Positions 26,629-37,362 are shown, counted from the first letter of the stretch. The stretch is DNA of 64,000 bases from Patescibacteria group bacterium (GCA_041671125.1 JBAZCA010000001.1:8120-72119); one strand, 5' to 3'. Made by a program: numbers and translations. The notes: generated from the letters alone by a model not told the origin.

Positions 26629-27871
26629 TAATCCACTGATTAACTACTTTTACCACCCGCCTTGCGTCACCTTCGCCCATATTTCTCCCGGTTGGCAAAT
26701 TAACGATCCGCGCGGCCAGCTTTTCGGCATTCGGACAGGCGCCGGGAGTATATCCGGATTTATCAATCGCCGAATCCCGCGGCGCGATTACGGCGTTATA
26801 CCAATCCCCTAAAATTATCTTATGCTTTTTCGCGTAATTCATCAATTCTTTCGGCTGGTCAATTAAAATCGGATAACGCAGATAAACGCATTCATCCTTA
26901 TTCGCGGCTTTAAGGAGCGGCTTTTTAATCTTTGCCGAAATTTCCGAGTCATACAAAGCAGCGATTTTTTTACGTTGTTCATTAACCGCGCCAACTTCCT
27001 TTAACTGTCCGAGTAAAATGTCGGCCAGGGCGTTCGGAAGGGTCCGGCTAAAAAGACTATCCCTTTCCCCCTGTTTTTCATTTCGGGTGATTATCCGGTT
27101 CACGAGATATATATTTTTCGCCAGCCATAAAATCGCTTTGCCAACAAAGACGCCGTATAAAGGTTTGCCGAGATAAAATACAGGAAAATGCAGGAGATGC
27201 CGGATTATATCTTTTACCGCGAGCGGTTTAAGGCCGGACTGATATTTTTCCAGCTTTTGGCCCAGTTCCGGATTGTCAGTTACGAGCGCCCCGCCCCGGA
27301 CGCAGGATAATATCTTATCGCTTCCGAAACTTAACATACCGATATCGCCGAATACGCCGGTCAATTTTTCGTTATGCCGCGCGCCGAATGAATGGGCGCA
27401 GTCTTCTATGATCTTTAAACCATGCTTTCGCGCGATGCCAATAATTTTTTCCAGTTCCGCCGGCAGTCCGTAAGTGTGCTGAATAATAACAACTTTCACT
27501 CTGGGAGTAATCTTTTTCTCCAAATCATTAACATCCATATTAAAATCATCACCCACGTCAACATACACCGGCATGGCTCCGGTCCACCGTATGGCGTTCG
27601 CCACAACCACGCAGGTATAAGCCTGGACTAAAACTTCATCTCCCTCTTTTATCTCCAGCGCTTTCAAAGCGAAATACAGGGCCGATCGTCCGCTGTCAAA
27701 AGTAACCGCCTGTTTAAGCCCAAAATATTTTTTCAGTTCCCTTTCCGCTTTTTCCACGTTTTCACCTTTCGCCAGATTTTTCCATTTCCACGGCAAACAA
27801 ATCCAGCCCAAAGCTTTTAGCGTATTCCGTCCCGTTAAATTCGGCGAGAAGCCGGTAAAGATGAATGACAT
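26594..27871 (-). CDS. DegT/DnrJ/EryC1/StrS-family sugar aminotransferase
   Basis: AVTFDSGRSALYFALKAL..GDEVLVQAYTCVVVANAI..IIEDCAHSFGA..MLSFGSDKILS contains the PLP-lysine motif. Confidence 0.85.
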   Translation of the reverse strand: MSFIFTGFSPNLTGRNTLKALGWICLPWKWKNLAKGENVEKAERELKKYFGLKQAVTFDSGRSALYFALKALEIKEGDEVLVQAYTCVVVANAIRWTGAMPVYVDVGDDFNMDVNDLEKKITPRVKVVIIQHTYGLPAELEKIIGIARKHGLKIIEDCAHSFGARHNEKLTGVFGDIGMLSFGSDKILSCVRGGALVTDNPELGQKLEKYQSGLKPLAVKDIIRHLLHFPVFYLGKPLYGVFVGKAILWLAKNIYLVNRIITRNEKQGERDSLFSRTLPNALADILLGQLKEVGAVNEQRKKIAALYDSEISAKIKKPLLKAANKDECVYLRYPILIDQPKELMNYAKKHKIILGDWYNAVIAPRDSAIDKSGYTPGACPNAEKLAARIVNLPTGRNMGEGDARRVVKVVNQWINKKSEVRRKNF

Positions 27872-27881
27872 TTAAATATGT

Positions 27882-28847
27882 TTAAGCGTTAAGTTCCCAT
27901 GAACATTCAAAAGAATCTTTTCCCTTTTCCGCGACCGCTATCGGATTCTGCAGGATATCCGTTTCTATCATCTTACCGCCGGGCGCGTTAATTTTCAAAT
28001 CACAGCCTTTAGATAAAATAATCCGGTCGCTCCCGATTTTTGCGAACCGGCCGAATTTTTTAGTCCGCCCCATCTTTCTTAGTTGTTCCGTAGCCGGGTC
28101 AGCCGGAATAAAGGTTCCGTCCGGAAGCAGGCTTTCGGCCCAGGCGTGCATGGTATTATCTTTATAGCCGACCCAGAATCCGGAGACTACGCGCGACGGG
28201 ATACCCGAAGCCATTGCTAATGACGCGTAAAGCGCGCTAAAACCGCCGCAATCCACTTCAGGTTTTTTTAGGGCGTCCAGATCAGAATACAATCCGTCAA
28301 TGGCCGCGCCGTATTTCAGATTGGACACGATATAGCTATTGATGGCTTTTAAAATTTTCAAGACATCTTTTTCCGCGCCGGATATTTTTTTAGCCAAGCT
28401 TTTTATTTTTTCATCTTCCGGATGGATTAGGTTGTTTGATCGCGTGTACAATTTATAAATTTCATCTTTCGCGTAATCATTAATTTCATGGCCTTTTTTT
28501 AACTCCGCCATCCGCGGCCGGACTTTAACCGAAAAATCCATCTTAACCTCTTTTTCTTCTCCGGCCTTCATCGCGAGCTTCCAAACCGCGTAATTATTGC
28601 CGTATTTTTCTTCCCTCCCGGCCATGTCCGGCTTTAAATTCAATTCTGGAACGCTTAATATTTCCTGCCCGCTTAAATTTTCCGGGGTCGGCAGAATAAG
28701 TATTATTTCATTCGGCTCGCCAAGCAAATTTTTCAGCTTCACCGCGTAACTAACCGCGTATTTCCGCGACTGAAGATAACGCGGGAATCCTATTTTTTCT
28801 TTTGCGGAAATAAAAAAACGTTTTAATAGATTTTTTATATTATTCAT
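27882..28847 (-). CDS. Transglutaminase-like (Cys-His-Asp) domain protein
   Basis: CGGFSALYASLAMASGIPSRVVSGFWV..HAWAESLLPDGTFIPADP is the canonical transglutaminase core. Confidence 0.8.
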   Translation of the reverse strand: MNNIKNLLKRFFISAKEKIGFPRYLQSRKYAVSYAVKLKNLLGEPNEIILILPTPENLSGQEILSVPELNLKPDMAGREEKYGNNYAVWKLAMKAGEEKEVKMDFSVKVRPRMAELKKGHEINDYAKDEIYKLYTRSNNLIHPEDEKIKSLAKKISGAEKDVLKILKAINSYIVSNLKYGAAIDGLYSDLDALKKPEVDCGGFSALYASLAMASGIPSRVVSGFWVGYKDNTMHAWAESLLPDGTFIPADPATEQLRKMGRTKKFGRFAKIGSDRIILSKGCDLKINAPGGKMIETDILQNPIAVAEKGKDSFECSWELNA

Positions 28848-28903
28848 ATTGACTTTTTGGAAATCATTTTCGTTAGAACAATGCTAAAGCCCGAGACTTA
28901 AAT

Positions 28904-28952
28904 AATTCATAATTCATAATTCATAATTCATAATTCATAATTCATAATTCAT
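28904..28952. repeat. (AATTCAT) x7 tandem array, same unit and strand as the clpB-leader array
   Basis: Seven perfect units. The array overlaps the stop codon region of ORF 28935..30800, whose C-terminus ..LELMNYEL* is repeat-encoded. Confidence 0.95.
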
Positions 28953-30800
28953 CAATTCCAACTTATACAAAGTAAAATCATCGGTAATCATCTTTACTTT
29001 TTCCATCCTCAGATTTACTTTTCCCAAAGGGCCGCGATTAAGATGGTTGACCGTCGCTTCGGAATAGGTAAAATTATAATAATACATGGGCAAACGTTCG
29101 GCGACGCGGGCGTATGCGGCGATCATACGCGGATCATCAAACAACCCGACAATGACTTTTCGTTCGGGAAAAAATATCTTGTCATGATAGCGGGTCAATA
29201 TTACCGCGTTTTCTTCGGTAAGACTGAGAACTTTTTCATACTCCAGCCGGGCGGCGACACCTCTGTGATAAGAGATTACCAACCCCTCTTCCGAGCCGAA
29301 AAGCGTAAAATTAACACTCACGTAAAACAGCCCTAAAACCGCCAGCCCCAGGAGAAAACCTTGAAATGTTTTTACCAGAAACCGCGCGTCTTTTGAAAAA
29401 GATTTAAAAATGTTAATTCTTCCCAGACAATCCGTCAACAGTGTCGGCAGGCCAATGACTTTAAAAATAAGGTAGGAAACGAAAGGAATAGCGCCGAGGT
29501 AAACCGGCAGCCAGTAGCGGGTGTAGGAATTGCCAATGGTCGCGGCCGATTTATCCGGATTGTCATAAAACTCCCAACTGCCGTAATATAAAACCAATAT
29601 GGCCGAGAAAAAAAGCCAGGTAAGAATATAGACAAAATGCTTTTTCTTTAGTTTCTTAAAATGCAGGATAAAAAGCGCGAGGCCAAAAAATGCCGGCCAA
29701 AAAATCCAGTAAAACATTTTTATGAAATAAAGCTGGAAAATTTTTATGGACCTCGGAACGTTAATCCCAAAACTAAAAATTGCTTTTTCAATTCCTATTG
29801 CCAATTCCTTAATCCGGCCTATTCCCCCGCTCGCGAGGCCAGGAATGGATTTCATAAGATCCTTGCCGCCTCCGGCGACAGTAGCGATTGATTCGTTCAT
29901 GGCCGGATAGCCGCCGATCGTCGGCGAACCGTAAAGGATGCTGTTCCAATAAAATACCGGCAGTAAGGCCAAGGCGAAAAAAGATATAAAAATAACCAGC
30001 CGCGCCAGGCCGAAACGCCAAAAATTTAAAGCCCAGGCGATGAATAACGCCGGACCGAGCCATAAAAGCTCCGAAGACCGGACGGCTGAAGCGAGGCCGA
30101 TAAACAGCCCGCCCAAAGCGGCAAAAACCATTCCCCGCGCCTTTGGCCAAATCTTTTTCTTATTTTCCGGCTCTTTGCCATTCACCCTATCAGTAATTTC
30201 CGATCCAACATCTTCACTTCCTTCATGTTCTATTACGTCCTTCGTATTTTTTTCTTTAAGCAAAGAGGCTGAAATTAAAGTATAATATAATCCAACAATC
30301 AGAAACACTGTAAAAAGCACATTATGAAACATACTCCGGGCGCTGTAATAAAAATACACCGGAAAAACAGAAAGGATAAACGCCGAAAACAGGGCAACCC
30401 GCCGGGAAAAAAATATTCTCATTAACAGGTAGTAATAAACAATACCGACAGCCGCGAAAAACGGGGTAAGATAGCCGATAATTTTCCCGGTTGTAAAGGA
30501 GCCGATTATGCCGTAAACTAAAGGCAGACCGAGAAAACTAACCGGTTTCAGCTCGCCCGAGTCGCTTCGGAAGCTCCGCGGATGGATGATTTCTCCGGCT
30601 CCGGGGTTGTATTTTTCAAAAACCGACAACTCTCCTTCCCTGGCGTAAAGGCCGGAAAAAAAATAATTGGCGGTTTCATCCGGCGACCCCCATTTTAAAA
30701 ATCCCCCTTTCTGGGAGAGGTAAATATAAGCGCCGGCGGAAAGAAAAAAACCGACTGCCAAAGTAAAAAGTATTATTCCAATACCAATCTTATATTTCAT
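28935..30800 (-). CDS. Polytopic membrane protein, GT-C-fold (ArnT/PMT-like) glycosyltransferase candidate
   Basis: 621 aa with many hydrophobic helices. An acidic motif lies in the first loop (WGSPDETANYFF), and there is a C-terminal soluble domain. Confidence 0.5.
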   Translation of the reverse strand: MKYKIGIGIILFTLAVGFFLSAGAYIYLSQKGGFLKWGSPDETANYFFSGLYAREGELSVFEKYNPGAGEIIHPRSFRSDSGELKPVSFLGLPLVYGIIGSFTTGKIIGYLTPFFAAVGIVYYYLLMRIFFSRRVALFSAFILSVFPVYFYYSARSMFHNVLFTVFLIVGLYYTLISASLLKEKNTKDVIEHEGSEDVGSEITDRVNGKEPENKKKIWPKARGMVFAALGGLFIGLASAVRSSELLWLGPALFIAWALNFWRFGLARLVIFISFFALALLPVFYWNSILYGSPTIGGYPAMNESIATVAGGGKDLMKSIPGLASGGIGRIKELAIGIEKAIFSFGINVPRSIKIFQLYFIKMFYWIFWPAFFGLALFILHFKKLKKKHFVYILTWLFFSAILVLYYGSWEFYDNPDKSAATIGNSYTRYWLPVYLGAIPFVSYLIFKVIGLPTLLTDCLGRINIFKSFSKDARFLVKTFQGFLLGLAVLGLFYVSVNFTLFGSEEGLVISYHRGVAARLEYEKVLSLTEENAVILTRYHDKIFFPERKVIVGLFDDPRMIAAYARVAERLPMYYYNFTYSEATVNHLNRGPLGKVNLRMEKVKMITDDFTLYKLELMNYEL

Positions 30801-30902
30801 AACGCTTAAAAATCACCAGTCTTAAAGAAAAAATCTAACCATATCCGCCAATCGGCGGACTGAAATTATTTTATCATTTTATTCTAATTTTAGCAATTCT
30901 TT

Positions 30903-32924
30903 ATGCCTTTTATCGTTGCCTTGCCGATTCTCGCCATCATCTCCCTTGCTTCGCTTTTTGGCGGCCTGGTTTACTATTTTTACAGCCTGAACACGGCCGG
31001 AATAGCCCTTGCGGCCGTCCTAACAGCCTTTTCCGGCTGGAAACTGGTTAACCGCCTGATTAAAAACAATAAAAATCATGCTCCGAAAAATTTTTCAGCC
31101 ATAATTTCTAATGGCCATGAAGCCGCCAGCCGGAAAAAAATAAGCTGGATAGGATGTCTTAAAATCATTATCCCGTCGGCGCTTTACGCGGTTTTTTTCG
31201 GACTGGCAATTTTTACTCTTTTCACCAATCAAACCGACCGGGCCATAATCTCACCCTGGCAGGCGGCGCCAGCTTATTTTCTTGTTTACTATTTCTTAGC
31301 TACTTTGCTAATATTGCTTTTTATTGTCAAATCTAAAAAATTAAGAATTACAAATTACGAATTACAAATTTTTATTTTACTTCACTATTTACTATCTTTT
31401 TCCGTTGCTCTCGTAATTTATAAAATCGGTTACGGGTTTGATCCCTTTATCCATGGGGCGGCGCTGAAAGTAATTGACGCCAAAGGAATAATCGCGCCGA
31501 AAACTTTTTACTACTCGGGCTTTTACGGGCTGATAATCATTTTACACAAACTGCTATTCATCCCGATTAGCTGGATTAATAAATTATTAGTCCCGATTCT
31601 TTCGGCTCTAATACTGCCGCCGGTTTTAATAAACTCTTTTAAGAAAACCGGACACGCTAGCCCCCTCTTATCAGCCGTCCTTCTTCTTGCCATGCCTTTT
31701 TCTTTTCTGATCCTTACCACCCCCCAAAACCTGGCTTTTCTTTTTGCGCTGATAATAATTCTTTTCAGTTTAACGGCAAAAAATATCCTGGAGCATCTAA
31801 CGCTTCTGCTTTTCTCTTCCGCCGCTTTCATGATCCATCCCCTGGCCGGCATACCTTTGATCTTTTTTTCTTTAATCCGTTTTGTTAATTTTTTCGCCCA
31901 AGGAGGATTATCGGCCGACAAAAAATTAGCAAAATTTATCCCGTACAAAAAATATCTCAACTTTATTTTTTATTTCCTTTCGGCCGCGGCTCTTCCCCTG
32001 GCTTTTTACGTTTTTGAAAAAGGCCTAAGCGCTCCGGATACTGCCCCGCCCCGGGGAATAAAAACAATTTTAAGCGTTCTGGCAAAAAGCCTGAAAATTA
32101 GTTTCCCGAACCAGGAAAATATATTCCTTAACTTTTCTTATTTTATCGCCCAAAACGGATTAAAAATTTTTCTTATCCTCGCCGCCGCCGGGATTATTTA
32201 TGCTATCGCCAGGAGCCGGTTTCGGGAACTAAGAGATTATTTTTTTATGTCCGCTGGCCTTATTTTTTCTTATTTCCTGACCGAGGCGCTCTCTTTCAGC
32301 TTCTTAATAGATTACGAACGCTCGGCTTACTCGGAAAGGATTTTATTTTTATCCATGATGTTTTTAATGCCGTTCATTTTTTTACTGATAAAATGGTATC
32401 TTTCGCGGCTTGCGCTTTCCCGCGGACTCGCGTTTTACTCCGGTCTGGTATTTTCAGCCGCGCTCATAACCGCCTCACTCTATAATTCTTACCCGCGCTA
32501 CGACGCCTACTTTAATTCCCGCGGCTATTCAACCGGAAAATACGACCTCGCGGCCGTCCACTGGATTGAAGAAGACGCCAAGGGTAAATTTATCGTGCTC
32601 GCCAACCAGCAGGTCTCGGCCGGCGCGCTCCGCGAATTCGGTTTTAGTCATTATTACCAGGCTAAAAGCGGAGAAGAAATTTTTAATTACCCCATCCCGA
32701 CCGGCGGGAAATTATACCAGTATTATTTAAGCATGGTTTACGATAAGCCAACGCGCGTCCGGATGTCTAAAGCCATGAACCTGGCCGACGTTCAAACCGG
32801 CTATTTTGTTTTAAACAAATACTGGAATAACTTCCCTAAAGTGCTTGACGAAGCTAAGCTCTCAGCCGATTCATGGCAGAGTTTTGGGGAGGGAGAGGTG
32901 TGGGTGTTTAAATATAAAAAATAA
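30903..32924 (+). CDS. Large polytopic membrane protein of unknown function with a C-terminal soluble domain
   Basis: 673 aa with more than 12 hydrophobic segments. It is divergent from the GT-C-like gene and contains an in-frame AATTNNN array. Confidence 0.55.
   Translation: MPFIVALPILAIISLASLFGGLVYYFYSLNTAGIALAAVLTAFSGWKLVNRLIKNNKNHAPKNFSAIISNGHEAASRKKISWIGCLKIIIPSALYAVFFGLAIFTLFTNQTDRAIISPWQAAPAYFLVYYFLATLLILLFIVKSKKLRITNYELQIFILLHYLLSFSVALVIYKIGYGFDPFIHGAALKVIDAKGIIAPKTFYYSGFYGLIIILHKLLFIPISWINKLLVPILSALILPPVLINSFKKTGHASPLLSAVLLLAMPFSFLILTTPQNLAFLFALIIILFSLTAKNILEHLTLLLFSSAAFMIHPLAGIPLIFFSLIRFVNFFAQGGLSADKKLAKFIPYKKYLNFIFYFLSAAALPLAFYVFEKGLSAPDTAPPRGIKTILSVLAKSLKISFPNQENIFLNFSYFIAQNGLKIFLILAAAGIIYAIARSRFRELRDYFFMSAGLIFSYFLTEALSFSFLIDYERSAYSERILFLSMMFLMPFIFLLIKWYLSRLALSRGLAFYSGLVFSAALITASLYNSYPRYDAYFNSRGYSTGKYDLAAVHWIEEDAKGKFIVLANQQVSAGALREFGFSHYYQAKSGEEIFNYPIPTGGKLYQYYLSMVYDKPTRVRMSKAMNLADVQTGYFVLNKYWNNFPKVLDEAKLSADSWQSFGEGEVWVFKYKK
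31339..31373. repeat. AATTNNN x5 array inside the membrane-protein CDS
   Basis: aattaag aattaca aattacg aattaca aattttt encodes KLRITNYELQIF. Confidence 0.85.
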
Positions 32925-33013
32925 CCGCTCGCAAAAACGCATGACAAAACATAAAAGGCGCACGGAAAACTATGCGCCTTTTATTGTATATGATTTCCTG
33001 AATTTAGAAACAA

Positions 33014-34675
33014 TTACTTCCCCTCCGAACACACCCGAACGAATTCAACAAACAAAGGATGCGGATCTAGGGGGCGGGAAATATATTCGGGATGGAACTG
33101 GGTGCCGATGAAAAACGGATGGTCTTTTATTTCCACCGCTTCAACGATCAGGCCGTCCGGCGAAGTGCCGGCGATTTTTAAGCCCTGCTTTTCCATTTCC
33201 TCGCGGTAAGCGTTATTAAACTCGTAGCGGTGGCGGTGGCGCTCGGAAATAACATCATCTTTGACGCCCGCCCGGCGGTAGGATTTTTCAAGATGCGTGC
33301 CGGGCATGATCTTGCATGGCCAGCCGCCTAACCTTATTGTTCCGCCATACTGCTTTTTCGCGATCAGTTCTTTTTGCTCCGGCATGATATGAATAACCGG
33401 ATGAGAGGTTTTCGGATTGACTTCTTCGGAGTTAGCGTCTTTATAGCCTAAAACATTCCTGGCGAATTCTATTACCGCCATCTGCATGCCGTAGCATAAG
33501 CCAAAATACGGGACTTTATTTTTCCGGCAATATTCTATGGTTTTTATTTTTCCTTCCGATCCGCGCGAACCCCAGCCCTGCGGGACAATTATGCCGTCAA
33601 ATTTCCTAAGCGATCCGATTCCGTGCTTTTCAATGTCATCGGTATTAATCCAATGCAGGCAAGGGCGGCAGCCGTTGGCAACTCCGGCGTGTTTTACGGC
33701 TTCAATCACGGAAATGTAAGAATCGGAAAGACAAAAATCGCCGGTGGAAAAATACTTACCCACGATGCCGATATCAACGCTTTTTTTCGCGCCCTTCATC
33801 CGGCTCACCATGGCCTGCCAGTCTTTCGCGTCCTTTTTTCTCGCCTTTAGCCCGAACTTATTTAAAATCCGGTCGCCTAAGCCTTCTTTTTCAAAATTAA
33901 GCGGTATTTCATAAATTGAATCCACGTCCGGCGCGGAAACCACATCGTCTTTGGAAATATTACAGAATATGCCGAGCTTTTCCCGGCGCTTTTCGTCCAG
34001 CGGTCGGGCGGCTCGGGCGATGATGAAGTCCGGCTGAATGCCGGCTGAATTCAGGGTTCGGACGGCATACTGGGTCGGCTTGGTTTTCATTTCGCCGATT
34101 TTTTCCGGAATCGGCAAATAGCTCACGATGGCAAACAAAACATCTTTCGGGGTTTCCAGCTTCATCATTCTCGCCGCTTCAAGGAATAGAAGAACCTGAT
34201 ACTCGCCGACCGTGCCGCCGAATTCAATCACCGTAATCTCCGCTTTGTCGGTTTTGGCGGCCAGCTTAATCCGCCTGATTATTTCATTCGGAATATCCGG
34301 CACTACTTCAACGTCCTCTCCGCCGTATTCAAGATTTCTTTCTTTCCTTATCACTTCCTGATAAACCTGGCCGGTGGTAATATAATTTACCCTGGTTACC
34401 GGATTACCGGTAAACCTTTCATAATTTCCCAAATCCTGATCAGCTTCAATCCCGTCCTCGCCGACAAAAACCTCGCCATGTTCGGTCGGCCGGATGGTTC
34501 CGGCATCAATGTTTATATACATGTCGCATTTGACGTTCGTCACCGCGTAGCCTTTGGACTTAAGGATGTTGGCAATTGACGCCGAAGCGACGCCTTTTCC
34601 GACCGAAGACATCACTCCGCCGACGACGAAAATGTATTTAGTCGGATTTTTCTTTTTCGCTTTTTGGTTGGCCAT
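33014..34675 (-). CDS. pyrG: CTP synthase
   Basis: KYIFVVGGVMSSVGKGVASASI, the glutamine amidotransferase domain GLCYGMQ, and HRHRYEFN are present. The start is taken at ATG 34675 (MANQKAKKK). The ORF-track start at 34714 is a TTG inside repeat-like sequence. Confidence 0.95.
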   Translation of the reverse strand: MANQKAKKKNPTKYIFVVGGVMSSVGKGVASASIANILKSKGYAVTNVKCDMYINIDAGTIRPTEHGEVFVGEDGIEADQDLGNYERFTGNPVTRVNYITTGQVYQEVIRKERNLEYGGEDVEVVPDIPNEIIRRIKLAAKTDKAEITVIEFGGTVGEYQVLLFLEAARMMKLETPKDVLFAIVSYLPIPEKIGEMKTKPTQYAVRTLNSAGIQPDFIIARAARPLDEKRREKLGIFCNISKDDVVSAPDVDSIYEIPLNFEKEGLGDRILNKFGLKARKKDAKDWQAMVSRMKGAKKSVDIGIVGKYFSTGDFCLSDSYISVIEAVKHAGVANGCRPCLHWINTDDIEKHGIGSLRKFDGIIVPQGWGSRGSEGKIKTIEYCRKNKVPYFGLCYGMQMAVIEFARNVLGYKDANSEEVNPKTSHPVIHIMPEQKELIAKKQYGGTIRLGGWPCKIMPGTHLEKSYRRAGVKDDVISERHRHRYEFNNAYREEMEKQGLKIAGTSPDGLIVEAVEIKDHPFFIGTQFHPEYISRPLDPHPLFVEFVRVCSEGK

Positions 34676-34769
34676 ATCTTTATTAAGTTCCAAATTACAA
34701 ATCCCAAGCTCCAAAAAAATTTAAATAATATTTTTTTGAAATTAAAACTTGGCGCTTGAAATTTATATT

Positions 34770-36104
34770 TTATTTTTTACTATTATCTTCGGAACCGGCC
34801 TTATTTTCATCGGCCGGGGGCTTTGCTTTCTCCGCCGCCACCGTGGTTTTTCCCGTCAATATATTAACCGCCATATCCATTTGCGGGTCTTTATCCTTTT
34901 CAAAATCTTCCGGCGTCAGATCAACTATGACGTCAGGGGTGATGCCCTTTTCGGTTATGTTATTGCCTTTGGGCGTAAGCCATTTAGCAACCGTAATCTT
35001 TACCGAAGAGCCGTCCGGCAGATCCTCAAGCGCCTGCACCGAACCTTTGCCAAAAGTTTCTTTGCCGATGATAATCGCTTCACCCGTGTCCTGCAAGGCG
35101 CCGGAAACGATTTCCGAAGCCGAGGCGCTTCCCTGGTTTACGAGCGCGACAGCCGGAAAATCTTTTAACCGGGCGCGGCCGCGCGAAAGGTATTCATTCT
35201 TTTTTTCTTCGGAAAACTTTTCCGTAACTACCACCCCTTCCTCAACCCATTCGCTCGCCATTTCAATGGCGGTTTCAAGATAGCCGCCCGGATTATTCCT
35301 TAAATCAAGTATTACGCCTTTGGGGTTTTTGCTTAAAGCGCTGGTAACCGCCTCATTAAAAAGGCCTTCAGTATCATCATTAAAATTACTCACTCGTATT
35401 ACAAAAATTCCGTCTTCGCGCGCTTCGGTCCGGACGCTCTTAACAACTATCTTGTCTCGTTTTAATTTATAGTCCTTGGTCTCGGAAAATCCTTCCCGAA
35501 AAATCGCCAGCGTAACTTCAGTCCCTTTTTCCCCGCGGATTTTAGCGACCGCCTCGTCAACGCTCATACCGGCGGTTGAGACGCCGTCAATGGAATAAAT
35601 TTTATCCCCGGCTTTAAGCCCGGCTTTTTCGGCGGGCATTTCCGGTAAAGGAGCCACGATAGTTATAATATCGTCTTTCATGCCGATCTCCGCGCCAATA
35701 CCCTCAAAAGTTCCGGCCAGGTCGTTGGAAAATTCTTCGGAAATTTTTGGATCCATAAAAACCGTATAAGGGTCTCCGGCGGCGGCCACGAGACCCTTTA
35801 AGGAGCCGTAGAAGAGTTCTTTTTCGTTAAGCTTATCGCGGTCAACGTATTGCTCGTGGAGGAGATCCCAAACTTTCCAGTATAAGTCAAAATCAACGTC
35901 CTGGGACAATTTTCCGTTCCCATTAGCCGAATACTTGCCGGTCAGCTTCCCGAGAAAAACCACCTCCTTCTTCGCCAAATCCTTTATCACCTCGTTCTTT
36001 TGCGAAAAATATCCGCCCGCCCCGAAAGACGCGGCCAGCAATATCAAAAATAAAATACTAAGTCCGATTCTTTTTAATTTCATTCCCTTATTATTCGCTT
36101 CCAT
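34770..36104 (-). CDS. S41-family carboxy-terminal processing peptidase
   Basis: It has an N-terminal TM segment, a PDZ region (GLKAGDKIYSIDG), the catalytic Ser region NQGSASASEIVSGALQD, and the Lys region GKETFGKGSVQ. Confidence 0.88.
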   Translation of the reverse strand: MEANNKGMKLKRIGLSILFLILLAASFGAGGYFSQKNEVIKDLAKKEVVFLGKLTGKYSANGNGKLSQDVDFDLYWKVWDLLHEQYVDRDKLNEKELFYGSLKGLVAAAGDPYTVFMDPKISEEFSNDLAGTFEGIGAEIGMKDDIITIVAPLPEMPAEKAGLKAGDKIYSIDGVSTAGMSVDEAVAKIRGEKGTEVTLAIFREGFSETKDYKLKRDKIVVKSVRTEAREDGIFVIRVSNFNDDTEGLFNEAVTSALSKNPKGVILDLRNNPGGYLETAIEMASEWVEEGVVVTEKFSEEKKNEYLSRGRARLKDFPAVALVNQGSASASEIVSGALQDTGEAIIIGKETFGKGSVQALEDLPDGSSVKITVAKWLTPKGNNITEKGITPDVIVDLTPEDFEKDKDPQMDMAVNILTGKTTVAAEKAKPPADENKAGSEDNSKK

Positions 36105-36247
36105 ATAAGTTAATCTATCTCGTTTTCAAACAAAGCCCGGAGACAAAAATTACTTCCTAATAATACCACGGATAAATACCTCCGTCAAAGTCATCCGGAA
36201 TTATCCGGAATTATAAAAAACACTCCCGAAAACCGGATTTATTATTT

Positions 36248-37354
36248 TTATTTCAGCGCTTCATAAAGCCTGATAACCCGCTTTTTAGCGTCAAATTCGG
36301 CGAATACCCGCTTTCTCCCGGCCTCGCCGAGCGTCCGCCTAAGCTCCGGATCTTTTGCCAGGGCGATTATCGCCTTGAGAATTTCATCTTTTTCCTCCGG
36401 GTTTACGAGTAGTCCGTTCACCCCGTTAACTACGGCATCCCGCACGCCGCCTGAATCACCGGCGATTACCGGCTTGCCCGCGAGATTCGCTTCAAGGTAA
36501 ACAATGCCGAATCCCTCGGCATCGCCTTTTATCCTTCTTGAGGGCATGATAAAAAAATCGCAAAGCGAAAGCCATGCCCATTTTTCTTCATCCGAAGGCT
36601 TGCCCGCGAATATGACCCGGGCTTTCGCCGTCGTAGGCAAATCCTGCCATTTTTCCTTTAAATAATTTTCGTCCGGCCCGGTTCCGGCGATAACATATAC
36701 GAGGTCCGGGGCTTTGGCAAGGGCTTTGGGAAAAATTTTTAAAACATAATCCGCCCCTTTTCTTTTTACCAGCCGCCCGAGCGAAAGCATAACCGTCTTC
36801 CCTTTAAGACCATATTTTTCTCGAATTTTTTCCGCGAGTTCATGCCCGGCCTTTTCCTTTGCTTCCTCGCCAAAAAGGTTTATTCCCGGGTTGGATATTA
36901 TGATTTTATCCTTAAGCGGTCCGCCATTTTCTTCCGCTACCAATCCGGCCACGTAGCTGTTGGCGCAAATTATCTTTTCCGCTCCAGCGAGAATCCTCCG
37001 GGTAATAAAAGATTTCCGCTCGGTCTTAAAAGCGAAATTGTAATCCAGCCCGTGGAGGATTACCGAATACTCAAGGGAAAAAAGTTTATGGAGGACGTAG
37101 GCCGGGATGCCGAGCGGCAGGATATTGCCGACCAGCACATGGTTGATCTTTTTCGCCTTGCAGAAAATTGCCAGCCGCCAAAGCGACGGAAGCCATTTGA
37201 AAAAAGGCAAAACCCGCGAGATGAGGCGTCCGCGATTGTTATGGAGGACAAAAATATTTTCCTTTTCCGGCCAGTGTTCCGCTATTTTTTCGTAATAATC
37301 GGCCACCCCGCCTTTGAACGGCGGGTATTCAAGGGTGAATAAAAGAAAGCGCAT
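36248..37354 (-). CDS. Glycosyltransferase family 4
   Basis: LFTLEYPPFKGGVADY and the C-terminal PSRRIKGDAEGFGIVYLEANLAGKPVIAGDSGGVRDAV are present. The start is at ATG 37354; the ORF-track start is a TTG inside the repeat. Confidence 0.85.
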   Translation of the reverse strand: MRFLLFTLEYPPFKGGVADYYEKIAEHWPEKENIFVLHNNRGRLISRVLPFFKWLPSLWRLAIFCKAKKINHVLVGNILPLGIPAYVLHKLFSLEYSVILHGLDYNFAFKTERKSFITRRILAGAEKIICANSYVAGLVAEENGGPLKDKIIISNPGINLFGEEAKEKAGHELAEKIREKYGLKGKTVMLSLGRLVKRKGADYVLKIFPKALAKAPDLVYVIAGTGPDENYLKEKWQDLPTTAKARVIFAGKPSDEEKWAWLSLCDFFIMPSRRIKGDAEGFGIVYLEANLAGKPVIAGDSGGVRDAVVNGVNGLLVNPEEKDEILKAIIALAKDPELRRTLGEAGRKRVFAEFDAKKRVIRLYEALK

Positions 37355-37362
37355 AAAGTAAT

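Noticed and set aside
34749-35283. Plus-strand ORFs of 139 and 175 aa opposite the S41 peptidase gene. Similar antisense or out-of-frame ORFs occur opposite or within clpB, alaS (45085-45495, 44717-45088), GT4 genes, ftsI, rpoA and rpsK.
   Set aside because: They overlap well-supported genes. Their composition is typical of off-frame translation, and they have no independent promoter or terminator signals.
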